DNA of 64,000 nucleotides, from NCBI GenBank assembly GCA_963666215.2, contig CAXWPL010000001.1, positions 320,001-384,000 of the forward strand, given 5' to 3'. Within the stretch, counting starts at the first letter, position 1; each line of letters starts with the position of its first letter. The stretch comes from Acidobacteriota bacterium. GTDB lineage: Bacteria > Acidobacteriota > UBA890 > WLXD01. The notes beneath the pieces are model-generated. The model was not told where the DNA came from. It did not search any database and worked only from the letters and a program-made list of their open reading frames with translations. Of the stretch, positions 41,727 through 52,588 are shown piece after piece. The position numbers and the translations under genes are program-made.

Positions 41727-42701
41727 ATGGCAAACGAGGTAGGCGCCGAACGACCCGCTGACCGCGGTCCGACCTGCGGACGCGTGCGTTTCGGCGACTA
41801 CGAGTTCGATCCCTCGACGGGCGACCTGGCACCAATCTCGGCGAACGCGTGTCGATCCGACGTGCGACTCGCTCCACAGCCCGCGCGACTGCTCAGCCTG
41901 CTGGCGTCACGCGACGGCGCGATCGTGACGCGCGACGAGATTCAGGCTGAGCTCTGGCCCGACGTCGAAGTGGAATTCGACCAGAGCCTCAATTTCTGCA
42001 TTCGACAGATTCGCGCCGCGCTGAACGACTCGGCCGTGGAGCCCCGTTACATCGAAACGTTGCCGCGGCGAGGATATCGGCTACTGCCGCCGGTGGTGCC
42101 GGCGAGGAGCAGTGTCGCCGGCACATCACCAGCAACGATCGCTCCTGGTGACTCGGCCCCGCTGCCGGCCGTACGGGTCGCAAGCGATGGCGCACACCGT
42201 TTCCTGCGACCAGCGCTGCTACTTCTGTTGGGGCTGGTGCTGGCGGCGTTCTCGGGTCTGCTGATCATCGGACCCGCGGAGCTCGAAACGCTCGACGCCC
42301 AACCGCCGCGATTGGGCGTGATGCCTTTCGAGCCGCCGGCGACGAGAGAAGGCTTCCCCAATACAACACGAATCGCCGCGGAGCTCGTCCGGTTGCTGGG
42401 CAACCAGCCGCAGGAGATCATTCTCGTGGGCCCGGCAACAACATCGGCCCACGACGGCACCGGATCGGTCCGTGACTTCGCCGCGTCATTGCAGCTCGAC
42501 TATGTTCTCAACGATCGCTTTCTCGACGAAGAAGCAGGGCCGGAGCTGCTCCTGGAGCTCATCCGTGTCTCCGACGGCGCCCACGTGTGGGTCGACCGTT
42601 TCGACCAACTCGACGACTGGCGCCGTATCGCCCCGATGGCTGCGGCCGCCGTCGGCCGTGAGCTCCGGCTGCACAGCGCGCCGCAGGTGCAACGCCCGTA
42701 G
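41727..42701 (+). CDS. CadC/OmpR-type winged-helix regulator with TM segment and TolB-N-like domain
   Basis: RFGDYEFD, LAPQPARLL, FDQSLNFCIRQIRAALNDSAVEPRYIETLPRRGYR, TM, LGVMPFE, LIRVSDGAHVW. Confidence 0.88.
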   Translation: MANEVGAERPADRGPTCGRVRFGDYEFDPSTGDLAPISANACRSDVRLAPQPARLLSLLASRDGAIVTRDEIQAELWPDVEVEFDQSLNFCIRQIRAALNDSAVEPRYIETLPRRGYRLLPPVVPARSSVAGTSPATIAPGDSAPLPAVRVASDGAHRFLRPALLLLLGLVLAAFSGLLIIGPAELETLDAQPPRLGVMPFEPPATREGFPNTTRIAAELVRLLGNQPQEIILVGPATTSAHDGTGSVRDFAASLQLDYVLNDRFLDEEAGPELLLELIRVSDGAHVWVDRFDQLDDWRRIAPMAAAAVGRELRLHSAPQVQRP

Positions 42702-42888
42702 GCGGGTCGAATCCATCGACAGTCCATCTTGCGGCCAGCGGCGGCCCGCGGCGGCCTCCGTGGGTCGGGTTCTCGACCCACGTCCAGGCCGCAAAACGAC
42801 CATGACGCTCGCACCAGGCCGCACTAGGCTCCGCGTTGCCGTGCACCGACCCACTGCGACTCGCGAAAGATCAGCCAGCCATGGCAAC

Positions 42889-45379
42889 ATGACGGCCATG
42901 GACTCGGAATTAATCGGTAACGACCCTCAGTCCGACGGCTTCGACGTCGACATTTGGGCGTACCTGGATGCGATTTGGCGCCGCGCATGGATTGTGGTGA
43001 TCGCCATTGTGTTGAGCGTGACCAACACGCTCAACACGGTCGGGAGCCAGGTGCCCACCTACACGTCGACCGTACGGATCCAGATCACATCGTCCGAAGC
43101 ACAATCGATTGACGTTTCCCAGCTGCTCCTGCCGGGACAAGTAACAAGCAGTCAAACCGCCACACAGCTAGAGCTGCTCACGAGCAGAGCGTTTATCGAG
43201 ACGTTCATCGCCCGACCAGACGTCCTCGATCAGCTCGTGCCCCAGATGCTTCCGGCGGCGTCGACTGCTGCCGAGGGTAATCCGTCAGGCCTCGCCGCAG
43301 AATCAGAATCGGGTGCTGTCGTCGACCCCATAGCCGCTCCTGACAACAGGACACTCAAGCAGCGTATGGCCGGTTTGCTCAACAGTCTCGTGGGCGAACC
43401 AGAGGAGCCCGGCATGGACGAGAGCATGATCCCGGAAAGACTCCGAGACCGCCGCACCAGCGCCGCCATTTCGCGGATACGTTCGGCACTCACCGTCGAC
43501 ACGGTGGACGACACGGATCTCGTCGATCTGTCATGGGACGATCGTGACCCCGTCTTCGCCACTCACATGGCCAACACACTCGCTGAAGCGTTCGTCAGCT
43601 ACAGCGTAGAGACCTCCGCGCGACGATCTCAGCAAGCCGCTCGCGTCCTCACCGAGGGAATCGAGCGACTGCGCGACGAGATCCGGGAGCACGAAGCCTC
43701 CATCGAAGCGATCGGGGGCGAGCTTGGCATGGACGAATCGGGAGCCCAGAGCACGAATTCGGATGCCCTCGACTCCGAGCTCACGGCTGCCCGCGTCCAA
43801 CGCATCGAGGCGGAAGCTGACTACCGTCGACTCCAGGAGGTTGACGCTTCAAACAGTCGGGCCGCGAGAGATGCTCCCGCGGCACGCCAGCTCCGCGACA
43901 GGCTGGCCAGCCTCCAACTCGACAGCGACGACCTGGCGCGACGGGTAACGAGCGCGCACCCACAGATGGTCGAGCTGAACGCTCAGATCGCTGACGCCGA
44001 GTCCCAGCTGCAACGGGAGGAAGAGGTCGCCTATGGGGCGGCCCTCCGTCAACAGCAGCAGCGAGTCGACGCGGCGCGCGACTCCGAGCGGCGACTGCGC
44101 TCCCTCGGCTTCACTCCGACCGGTTTCCGAGCCGACCAGTACGACGACCTCACGCAGTACCGAGCGCTGCAGACGACCCTCGTGAGCAAGCGCGAGATTC
44201 TGGAACAGTTCACGTTGCACAGAAGTACGTTGGAGTTTGCCGCGCATCTTCAAGGCAATGGCGGCCCGATCGTCGAGGTCGTCGACCCGGCGATCATCCC
44301 ACGCCGTCGCGGCAGTAAGGGGTGGCTGCGTCATCTGTTCTTGGCCACACTGATCGGGAGCGCCGTCGGAGCAGCGTTGGCGCTGGCGCTCGACTTCCTC
44401 GACAACACCCTGCGGACCGAAGAAGACGTCCAGCGACGACTTGGAGTCCCCACTTTGGGGTCGGTCCGAATCGTTGGGAAGCAGGGCGCTCGCGGGAAGA
44501 TCCAGGACGCGTCAACCGTGGAAGGACACGTCTCGCCCGAGCACGTCGCCCGCAGGCAGCCCCGGTCCCGTGTCGCCGAGGACTACCGAGAGCTGCGAAC
44601 CGCGCTCCTGCTGAGTAGTGGCGGCGGCCCGCCTCGAAGCCTCCTGGTGACCTCTGCGACGCCCGGCGAAGGCAAAACGACCACCGCCATCAACCTGGCG
44701 TTTTCTCTTGCCGATGCCGGCAAGCGGGTGCTGCTCATCGACGCCGATCTACGCCTTCCGACGATCGCCGAGGCTCTCAACATCGGCCGCGTCGACGGTC
44801 TGTCCAACTATCTCGCGGGCACGGCAGCCTGGGAGAACCTGATCCTCTCAACGCACGACGACCGGTTGTGTGTACTCCCGAGCGGGCCTCAGCCCCCCAA
44901 CCCGGCGGAGCTCTTCGGCACGGATCTGCCCCTGACCCTCCTCCGCGAAGCCGCCGAGCGGTTCGACATCGTGATCGTCGACTCCCCGCCGGCGATGAGC
45001 ATCGTCGACTCGCGTATTCTGGCGTCGCTCGTGGACGGCGTTGTGCTGGTCGTGCGCGCCAACAAGACCCCGTATCAAGTGGCGATGAAGACGCTGGCGC
45101 ACCTTCGCTCCGTGCACGGCAACGTTCTCGGCGTGGTCTTGAACGGCCGAGCATGAGTCACGAGTCGGCTACGGCAAGTACGACTACGAGTACGGCGTCG
45201 ACGATCTCGCCCGCCGCCTGGAGCATGACGAGGAATGGGGTCAAACGACGGCCGGCGCAGGGGACGACGAGCCCGCCAATCGGCGGGACGGTGATGACCG
45301 CCGCCGAACGTTCGGTGGCGGTGACTACCCCGCTACGTCGTCACCGGTGGTAGTCGCTGAGGGGGCCGAACAAGGCTGA
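42889..45379 (+). pseudogene. wzc: Wzc/GumC-type polysaccharide co-polymerase/tyrosine autokinase, frameshifted before the Tyr cluster
   Basis: Wzz-like N-terminus, PGEGKTT, LLIDADLR, VIVDSPP, GVVLN. Main frame stops at 45156 while GYGKYDYEYG continues in another frame to 45379. Confidence 0.8.
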
Positions 45380-45476
45380 GAGGCGCGTCGTATAACGCGC
45401 TCCGCGCTCCGAACGGCGCCCACCCACCGAGCGCAGCGCCCCGCGTGAGATCGCCAAGAACCGACCCCAACGCCCA

Positions 45477-48139
45477 TCATTCGGCTCTCAGCGTAATCGC
45501 CGGGTCAACGCTGATGGCGCGCCGTGCTGGCACGAGGCAGGCGACAATTGACGCCACCAGAAGGCACGTCGCTACCAGGATAAAAGTCACCGGATCGGTG
45601 GGCGCGGTGTCGTAGAGGAGGCCGGAAATGACGTTTCCGAACACAATCGCGCCCGCAACTCCCAAAAGCAAACCTGCCACGACCAGCGCCATGCCCTGCC
45701 CGACAACCAATCCGATCACGCTGCCCTTGCGAGCGCCGAGCGCCATGCGCAGCCCCAGCTCACGAGTCCGCTGGTTCACCGTGAAGGCCATCACCCCAGC
45801 GATGCCCGTAACCGTCACGACCAGCGCCAGCGCCGCGAATAATCCCAGGAGCGAGGCGGTCAAACGTGGAGAGGCAACCGCTTCGTCGCGCAACGACGCC
45901 AGGGTCTCGATGTCGCTGATCGGATTGGCCCCGCTCAGTGCGTAGGTGATCTCTTTCACCTGTTGAGCCGCTGTCGCCGGGTCACCCACGGTTCGCACCA
46001 GCAGCCAAGTAGGCATGCCGCCCTGCGTGTTGGGGCGGTAGAACTCGTCGGTCACTTCGGACTCGGGTCCGTAGAGCCGCGTATCACCGACAACTCCGAC
46101 GATCGTGATCCAGGTCTCACCGTCGTCGATCGACACGCGCTTGCCAACGGCGCGTTCGCCGGGCCAATGGCGCTCGGCCAGCGAGCGATTGACAATACCC
46201 ACCGGCGCCGACTCGCTCTCGTCGGTAATCTCGAATGCGCGCCCGTCGAGCACCGGAATGTCCAAGACGTCGAAGTACCCACGACTGACAACATTCCCGT
46301 CGAGCTACGGGGCGATGTCGACCTCTTCCGAGTCGCGCCCTTCGATAAGGAACTCTTGCAGAAAAGGATTCGTGGAACGGTAGGGCGGCTTCGTTGTTAG
46401 CGCAGCCGCGCGGGCGAGCGGGCTCTCGCCGACCGCGTCGGCCACCTCGTTCAGGAAATGGTGTGCCGCCGTCATGGTGTCGAACTCGGTGAAGTTGACC
46501 GATATCCGCGCCGTGAGCACGTGTTCGGTTTCAAATCCGGGCTCGACCTGCTGCAGGCGCACCAGGCTTCGCAAGGTCAGACCCGCGCCGATCAACAACA
46601 CGAACGACAGCGCCACCTGCGCGACGATGAGCCCACGCCGAATGTTGTCCTTGCCGGAGCCGGTTGTACGGGTGCTCTCTTGGATCGAGCTCCGTAGGTC
46701 CACACGAGAACCAAGCGTCGGCACAACACCGAACACCAGACCGGTGGCCAGCGACGTCAGCAGAGTGAACGCCAGAACCCAGCCGTCGATCCCTACGCTG
46801 ATCGCACGCGGCGTAAAGCGGGCAACGAAGCCAACAAGCAGATCGAGTCCAACAAAAGCGACCCCCAGGCCCACCACGCCACCGATGACGGCCAGCAGTG
46901 TGCTCTCAGTCACGAGCTGGCGCAGCAGGCGACCGCGACCCGCGCCCAGGGCGGTACGTACGGCAAGCTCGCGATCGCGTCGAATGACGCGCGCCAGCGT
47001 CAGGTTGGCGACGTTGGCGCAGGCGATCAGCAGCACGATCCCCGCTGTCACCAGCAGCATCATCAGCGTCGGCCGCGCGTTGCGTGTCAGTTCCTCTTTC
47101 AGGTCGACAACGCTTGCGGTGTAGTTGATCTCGGGCGGATACGAGTCTGGGAAGTCGCTGCTGAAGCGCTCGGCTACGGCCGCCACCTCGGCGTGCGCCG
47201 TCTGGACGTCGACGCCGTCTTTGAGTCGAGCAAAGGCCGTCAGGTTCGAGAACGCACGCCGATTCTCGCCATGCGCGTGCGCTCCGCATTGGCGCGGAAC
47301 GGGCAGACAGACGTCGACATGTAGACGTCGTTGCTGTTCGGGAACTGGGGAATCGGCGGCAAGACGCCGACCACCGTGTGTGGCCGCGTGTTCATCTCGA
47401 ACACCTGCCCGATGACATTCGGATCACCGCCAAACGACTGCTGCCAGTACTCGTGGCTGAGCACCAGCACGGCCTCGGCATCGAGATCGTCGTCTACATC
47501 GACGAAGGTGCGCCCGAGCAACGGTGTGACACCGAGCACGTCGAAGAAGTTGGACGACACCACCCCCGTCTCAACGCGTTCCGGCTCACCGCGGCCGAGC
47601 AACACGAAGAACATCGTGTGGTACTCGACGAGCCCGTCGAAGCTGCTCGCCTGCTCGCGGAAGTCGTACACCTCCTTGATCGAGAGCTGCGGAGTTCCCT
47701 CTTGCCCGTTGATAATCGCTCGTTGCTGAACCAGCACCAACCGGTCACCGTTGGCGTACGGCAGCGGCTGTAACAGAACGCCGTTGATCACGCTGAAGAT
47801 CGCCGTGTTGGCGCCGATGCCGAGCCCTAGCGTCAAAATCGCCGCGATCGCGAAGCCCGGGTTCTTGAGCAACGTGCGCAGCCCGTAGCGAAGATCCTGC
47901 ATCAACATGTCGATCTGACTCCCTTTGCGCTCGTCGCGGCATTCTTCTTTGGCACGCTCGTAGGCTCCGAAATTGAGGCGCGCCCGCCGGTACGCCTCGG
48001 CCTCGCTCATGCCATCACGGATGTACTTGTCGGCTTCCATCTGGACGTGGAAGACCATCTCCTCGTCGAGATCGCGGTCGGCGACGGGGCGACCTCGACC
48101 CGAGAAGCGCCTCAGCAGTGTGCGTAGCTGCGCTCTCAT
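45477..48139 (-). pseudogene. ADOP-family duplicated ABC permease with one frameshift and one nonsense codon
   Basis: DLRYGLRTL, LGLGIGANTAIFS, LLIACANVANL, RELGLRMALGA, PARRA..VDP. Frameshift near 47268 and in-frame TAG at 46305-46307. Confidence 0.9.
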
Positions 48140-48150
48140 CCTCAGCCTCT

Positions 48151-48489
48151 CTATGTCGTCTGGAGAATCGCCGTGACCGCCTGCGACAGGCGCTCCCAGC
48201 TGGTGGCTTCGGCCTCCAGCTGTTGCCGTCCCTCAGTGGTGAGGCGATAGAACTTGGCGCGCCGGTTGTTCTCCGACTGGCCCCACTCGGCAGCGATCCA
48301 TTTCTGACGCTCCAGCCGGTGCAGCGCCGGGTAGAGCGAGCCTTGGTTCACGAGCAGGACGTCCTTCGACATCTGCTGGATACGCTGCGAGATGCCCCAG
48401 CCATGGTTGGGCTGCAGCTGCAGCGTTTTGAGAATCAACATGTCCAGCGTGCCCTGCAGTAGGTCGACGTTGGGCTTGGTCATCCGCAC
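48151..48489 (-). CDS. PadR-family regulator, acidobacterial type
   Basis: LLQGTLDMLILKTL, HGWGI, GSLYPALHRLE, SENNRRAKFYRLT. Confidence 0.95.
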   Translation of the reverse strand: MRMTKPNVDLLQGTLDMLILKTLQLQPNHGWGISQRIQQMSKDVLLVNQGSLYPALHRLERQKWIAAEWGQSENNRRAKFYRLTTEGRQQLEAEATSWERLSQAVTAILQTT

Positions 48490-48515
48490 TCTCTTATGGG
48501 TTCGGGGAATTCTCT

Positions 48516-48562
48516 CCTAGACACTCGACAAGAGTAGAGATGGTTCCTGTAGATTGTCAAGG
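48516..48562 (-). promoter_or_regulatory. padR promoter with paired operator-like boxes
   Basis: Minus strand TTGACA-18 bp-TACTCT. CCTAGACACTCGACAAG and inverted CCTTGACAATCTACAGG overlap it. Confidence 0.6.
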
Positions 48563-48871
48563 GAAGAGACGGGGGGCTCCCGCGGCGCGTAAGCTCGCGA
48601 GCCGCGCGACCGCGGGGCCCGTTGGTGGGCCCGCGGTCGTCGTGCACGGCGCGCGGTGGGCATCAAGACCTCTGCCGCTCGAGACTGAAAAGCGGCCAAC
48701 GCAGCAGGCGACCGCGAGCAGCACGCCGAGCATGATGTAGCCGAGCACGCCTCCCGCGGGAGGCGCTCTTCGGCCCGGACATGAGGTCGGGCCGAAACGG
48801 GCGTGCGCGTCCGTCTACCTGGCAGTACCAGGGAGCCGGCCCGCGCCCCAACTCACTCAGGAGGCCTGGTG

Positions 48872-49243
48872 ATGCTCAACCGATCGGCAGTGGTGTTCTC
48901 GCTCGTGTGTCTCGGGCTCGCGCTCGGCGTTGCTGCCGGCGGCAACCTCGGCGCCGCACAAAGCACGCTGGGCGCGCCCGACTTCGACACCGGCTGGTTC
49001 AAGTGCAAGAAGTTCGACGGCTTCGTCAAGCACGGACTCGACGTCTCGATCGAGCAGATGCACGTAAGGCTCCTCCACGAGCACCGCACGAACCAGATCG
49101 GGAATCTCTCCTCCCCGGCCATCGATTCAAGTGACAGATGGTTCGTGAACAAAGGGGAGCGTGACGAGCTGTTTCTGAGCCTTTGCAACAACCTCGACAC
49201 ACACGTACCGAAGAAGGGTCGCGTTCTGATTTGGAAGGACTAG
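48872..49243 (+). CDS. Small secreted hypothetical protein
   Basis: AGGAGG RBS, signal peptide, PDFDTGWF...HGL...RVLIWK. Confidence 0.65.
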   Translation: MLNRSAVVFSLVCLGLALGVAAGGNLGAAQSTLGAPDFDTGWFKCKKFDGFVKHGLDVSIEQMHVRLLHEHRTNQIGNLSSPAIDSSDRWFVNKGERDELFLSLCNNLDTHVPKKGRVLIWKD

Positions 49244-49625
49244 CCGAGAATGAGCTTCATGAACCATGATCGACTCCTCGGTGAGCGAGCTGAAAGAACA
49301 GACTCAGCGACTTCTTCTTTTAGCCGAAGACGCCGATGTTTAGGCCCATTCTGTCCATGTAGGCTGAAGTGGCGAACCCTGCCGGCGGATCATCTTGCTC
49401 CTGCTCCAACGACCAGCAGCACGAGCGCGACCGCCATCACACTGCACTTGCGGAAATCGAACATCGACTCCTCCTGAGTCCGAGGTCGTGCCTGAGCACG
49501 AAGTCCATCCGAGTGGCGCTCTCCGGCCACTCGCGGCAGTATGCTCGTCGGGACCTGGCCAATCCAGCCAGGACGACCGATCCCGGCCACAGCCGAGCAG
49601 CGAGCATCCAAAGACAGGAGACGCG

Positions 49626-50606
49626 ATGGAGCTGCGTGTGATCAACCCGCAGCAGGTGATCGAGCTGCTGCCGATGGCGGAATGCATCGAGGTCATCGAC
49701 GCGGCCATGCGCTGCGCCTCGAGCGGCGGCGCCCAGACGCCGCTGCGGACCAAGCTCGACCTGTCCACGGGCGGGCTGCTGGGCTGGATGCCGGGCTCGA
49801 TGAGCAGCCCGAACGTGTTCGGCATGAAGCTCGTGGGGGTATTCGCCGAGAATTTCGCGTTGGGGATGCACAGCCACAACGGCGTGGTCGTGCTGTTCGA
49901 GAGTGAGCACGGGCGACCGTTCGCCGTGGTCGACGCCTCCGAGATCACCGCGATCCGCACCGCGGCAGCCAGCGCGATTGCCACCCGGTTGCTCGCCCGC
50001 TCCGACGCCTCGACGCTGACGATCATGGGCTACGGCGCCCAGGGGCGGCAGCACCTCGATGCCATGCTGTGTGTTCGCGAGTTCGACGACGTCCGCATCT
50101 GGGGCCGCGACCTCGCAAAATCAACCGCCTTCGCCGAGGAGCATGGGCCCCGAGTCGGCGTCGAAATCTGCCCGGTGAAGGGAGCCCGGGCGGCAATCGA
50201 AGGTGCCGACGTGATCTGCACGGTCACCGGATCCCCCACCCCCATCCTGCTGGGTGATTGGCTGGAGCCCGGGCAGCACATCAACGCCGTGGGCACCAGC
50301 TTTCCGGGAACCCGCGAGCTCGATACCGAAGCGGTCGTGCGCTCGCGGATGTTCGTCGACCTGCGCGAGGGAGCTCTGGCGCAAGCCGGCGAGTTCCAGA
50401 TGGCGCGCGACGAGGGCGCCATAGACGCCAGCCACATCCTCGGCGAGATCGGCGAGGTTGCGCTCGGGACGGCCGTCGGCCGGACAACCGCCGAGGACAT
50501 CACCCTCTACAAATCGCTCGGGCTCGTCGTGCAGGACCTGGCGTCGGCGCATCATGTGTGGCGTAAGGCAACCGAGCAGGGTGTGGGTGTAACGACCGAG
50601 TTCTGA
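49626..50606 (+). CDS. Ornithine cyclodeaminase / mu-crystallin family protein
   Basis: GMKLV, ITAIRTAAASA, GYGAQG, HINAVG, LYKSLGLVVQD. Confidence 0.93.
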   Translation: MELRVINPQQVIELLPMAECIEVIDAAMRCASSGGAQTPLRTKLDLSTGGLLGWMPGSMSSPNVFGMKLVGVFAENFALGMHSHNGVVVLFESEHGRPFAVVDASEITAIRTAAASAIATRLLARSDASTLTIMGYGAQGRQHLDAMLCVREFDDVRIWGRDLAKSTAFAEEHGPRVGVEICPVKGARAAIEGADVICTVTGSPTPILLGDWLEPGQHINAVGTSFPGTRELDTEAVVRSRMFVDLREGALAQAGEFQMARDEGAIDASHILGEIGEVALGTAVGRTTAEDITLYKSLGLVVQDLASAHHVWRKATEQGVGVTTEF

Positions 50607-50684
50607 CCGGTTCCCCACCAGTCTGGCGGCGCGGCATAATCCTTCGACCTCGCGAAGAGCAACCGAACCTGACGGAGACCCGAC

Positions 50685-51038
50685 ATGCGGGCAGACATGA
50701 AGATCGACTACCTGGAGCTCCCAGCCCAGGATCTCGAGAAGGCCAAGTCCTTCTACACCGCAGTATTCGGCTGGAAATTCGAGGACTACGGGCCGGAATA
50801 CTGCAGTTTCAACGATGGCCGGCTCGACGGCGGCTTCTACCGGTCTGAGCTCACCAGCTCGGCAGCCAACGGCGCGGCGCTCGTCGTGCTCTACGCCACC
50901 AACCTGGAGCACCTCCGCGACAGAATCGTCGCGCATGGGGCTACGATTATCCGCGACATCTTCCCGTTTCCGGGCGGCCGGCGGTTCCACTTCGCCGATC
51001 CGAACGGCAACGAGCTCGCCGTCTGGTCCGATCAGTGA
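50685..51038 (+). CDS. VOC/glyoxalase family protein
   Basis: IDYLELP, FYTAVFGW, FPGGRRFHFADPNGNELAVWS. Confidence 0.93.
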   Translation: MRADMKIDYLELPAQDLEKAKSFYTAVFGWKFEDYGPEYCSFNDGRLDGGFYRSELTSSAANGAALVVLYATNLEHLRDRIVAHGATIIRDIFPFPGGRRFHFADPNGNELAVWSDQ

Positions 51039-51092
51039 GGCGTCCGCGCCGAGCGCGAGATTCTGACTGAGAACAAGAACCGAAGAGCCACA

Positions 51093-52037
51093 GTGTCGAT
51101 CCGCCCGGTCAAGCAACTCATCGAGTCGAAGCCGACTCTCGAGGGAGCCGGCGTACACCTGCGACGCGCCTTTGGCTTCGGCGACACGGATCCGTTCGAT
51201 CCTTTCCTGCTGCTCGACGATTTCCGCAACGAGCGACCGGAGGACTATGTCGCCGGCTTCCCCTGGCACCCGCACCGCGGCATCGAGACCATCACCTACG
51301 TGCTGTCCGGCAACGTCGACCATGGCGACAGCCTGGGGAACGAGGGAACCATCGGGCCTGGCGACGTGCAGTGGATGACCGCCGGGAGCGGCATCGTTCA
51401 TCAGGAGATGCCGCAGGGCGATGCGCAGGGACGCATGCACGGCTTCCAGCTCTGGGCCAATTTGCCGGCGTCGCTGAAGATGACCGCACCGCGCTATCAG
51501 GAGATCCTGTCGGGCGATATCCCGGAGATCACCGACGACGACGGCACCAAGGCGCGTGTCATCTGCGGCGAGCTGTGGGGGGTACACGGACCTATCGACG
51601 GGATCGCCGCCGACCCGAGCTACATCGACATCTCGGTGCCGCCGGGCAGGACGAAGCGGATTCCTGTTGAAACCCAACGCCACGCGTTTGCCTACGTTTT
51701 CGCCGGATCGGGCCGCTTTGCCGGGGCCTCGGACCCACTCCCCGCCCCCACCGAGCTCGTCGAAGGCACGCCGCTCGACGGCGAAGCCACGCCAGGGGTC
51801 GGACATCCGACAGCCGTGCAGGCGCGAAAAGCGGACAACCGCACGCTCGTGCTGTTCGACCGCGGCGACGAGGTCACCGTACACGCCGGCGAGCACGGCA
51901 TCCGCTTCCTGCTGGTTTCCGGCAAGCCACTGCAAGAGCCGGTGGCCTGGCGCGGCCCCATCGTGATGAATACGCAGGAGGAGCTGCGGCGCGCCTACGC
52001 CGATCTGCGCGACGGGACCTTCTTGCGAGGACGCTGA
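51093..52037 (+). CDS. Pirin family protein
   Basis: DPFLLLDDF, GFPWHPHRGIET, WMTAGSGIVHQE, FQLWANLP, GPIVMN. Confidence 0.95.
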   Translation: MSIRPVKQLIESKPTLEGAGVHLRRAFGFGDTDPFDPFLLLDDFRNERPEDYVAGFPWHPHRGIETITYVLSGNVDHGDSLGNEGTIGPGDVQWMTAGSGIVHQEMPQGDAQGRMHGFQLWANLPASLKMTAPRYQEILSGDIPEITDDDGTKARVICGELWGVHGPIDGIAADPSYIDISVPPGRTKRIPVETQRHAFAYVFAGSGRFAGASDPLPAPTELVEGTPLDGEATPGVGHPTAVQARKADNRTLVLFDRGDEVTVHAGEHGIRFLLVSGKPLQEPVAWRGPIVMNTQEELRRAYADLRDGTFLRGR

Positions 52038-52072
52038 GCTAGGCCTGAACCTGCTCGAGCGCGAAAGACCGA

Positions 52073-52588
52073 GTGGAAGACGTGAGCCGTGACGCGGCAC
52101 AGCCGATTTTTCGAACGGCATTGGAAGCAGATCTGCCTTTGATCATTGCCCTGCTCGCCGATGACGCACTCGGGTCCTTCAGGGAAAAGCCGCAAGACCC
52201 GGGGGACTCCGCCTTGGCCTCCTACCGAGCCGCTTTCGAGGCCATCTCGGCCGACCCCAACCACGAGCTACTCGTGGCTGAGCTCGACGGATCCGTAGTT
52301 GGCGTGCTGCAACTGTCGTTCATTCCACACCTCAGCTATGAGGGCGGCTGGCGAGCTCAGATCGAGGGGGTCCGTGTTTCCAAAGAACTGCGCTCCCGTG
52401 GAGTGGGCCAGGCTCTTGTCGAGTCGGCGATCGCCCGAGCGCAGCGGAAGGGCTGCCACCTCGTCCAGCTCACGACCGATAGGCGTCGTCCCGAGGCCTT
52501 GAAGTTCTACGTCGGACTCGGTTTCCAGGCGACACACGAGGGGCTGAAGCTTCACCTTTCGGCGCCCATACCGAGTGCGACTTCATGA
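52073..52588 (+). CDS. GNAT-family N-acetyltransferase
   Basis: IEGVRV...RSRGVG, VQLTTD, FYVGLGF. Confidence 0.92.
   Translation: MEDVSRDAAQPIFRTALEADLPLIIALLADDALGSFREKPQDPGDSALASYRAAFEAISADPNHELLVAELDGSVVGVLQLSFIPHLSYEGGWRAQIEGVRVSKELRSRGVGQALVESAIARAQRKGCHLVQLTTDRRRPEALKFYVGLGFQATHEGLKLHLSAPIPSATS

Noticed and set aside
46305-46307. In-frame TAG as pyrrolysine or stop-codon recoding
   Set aside because: TAG ends many normal genes here, the same gene also has a frameshift, and no pyl genes are seen.
50121-52121. Long opposite-strand ORFs (e.g. 50121..52121, 35260..36774, 61812..63239, 1084..2064)
   Set aside because: Shadow frames of recognisable genes in GC-rich DNA, with no motifs.
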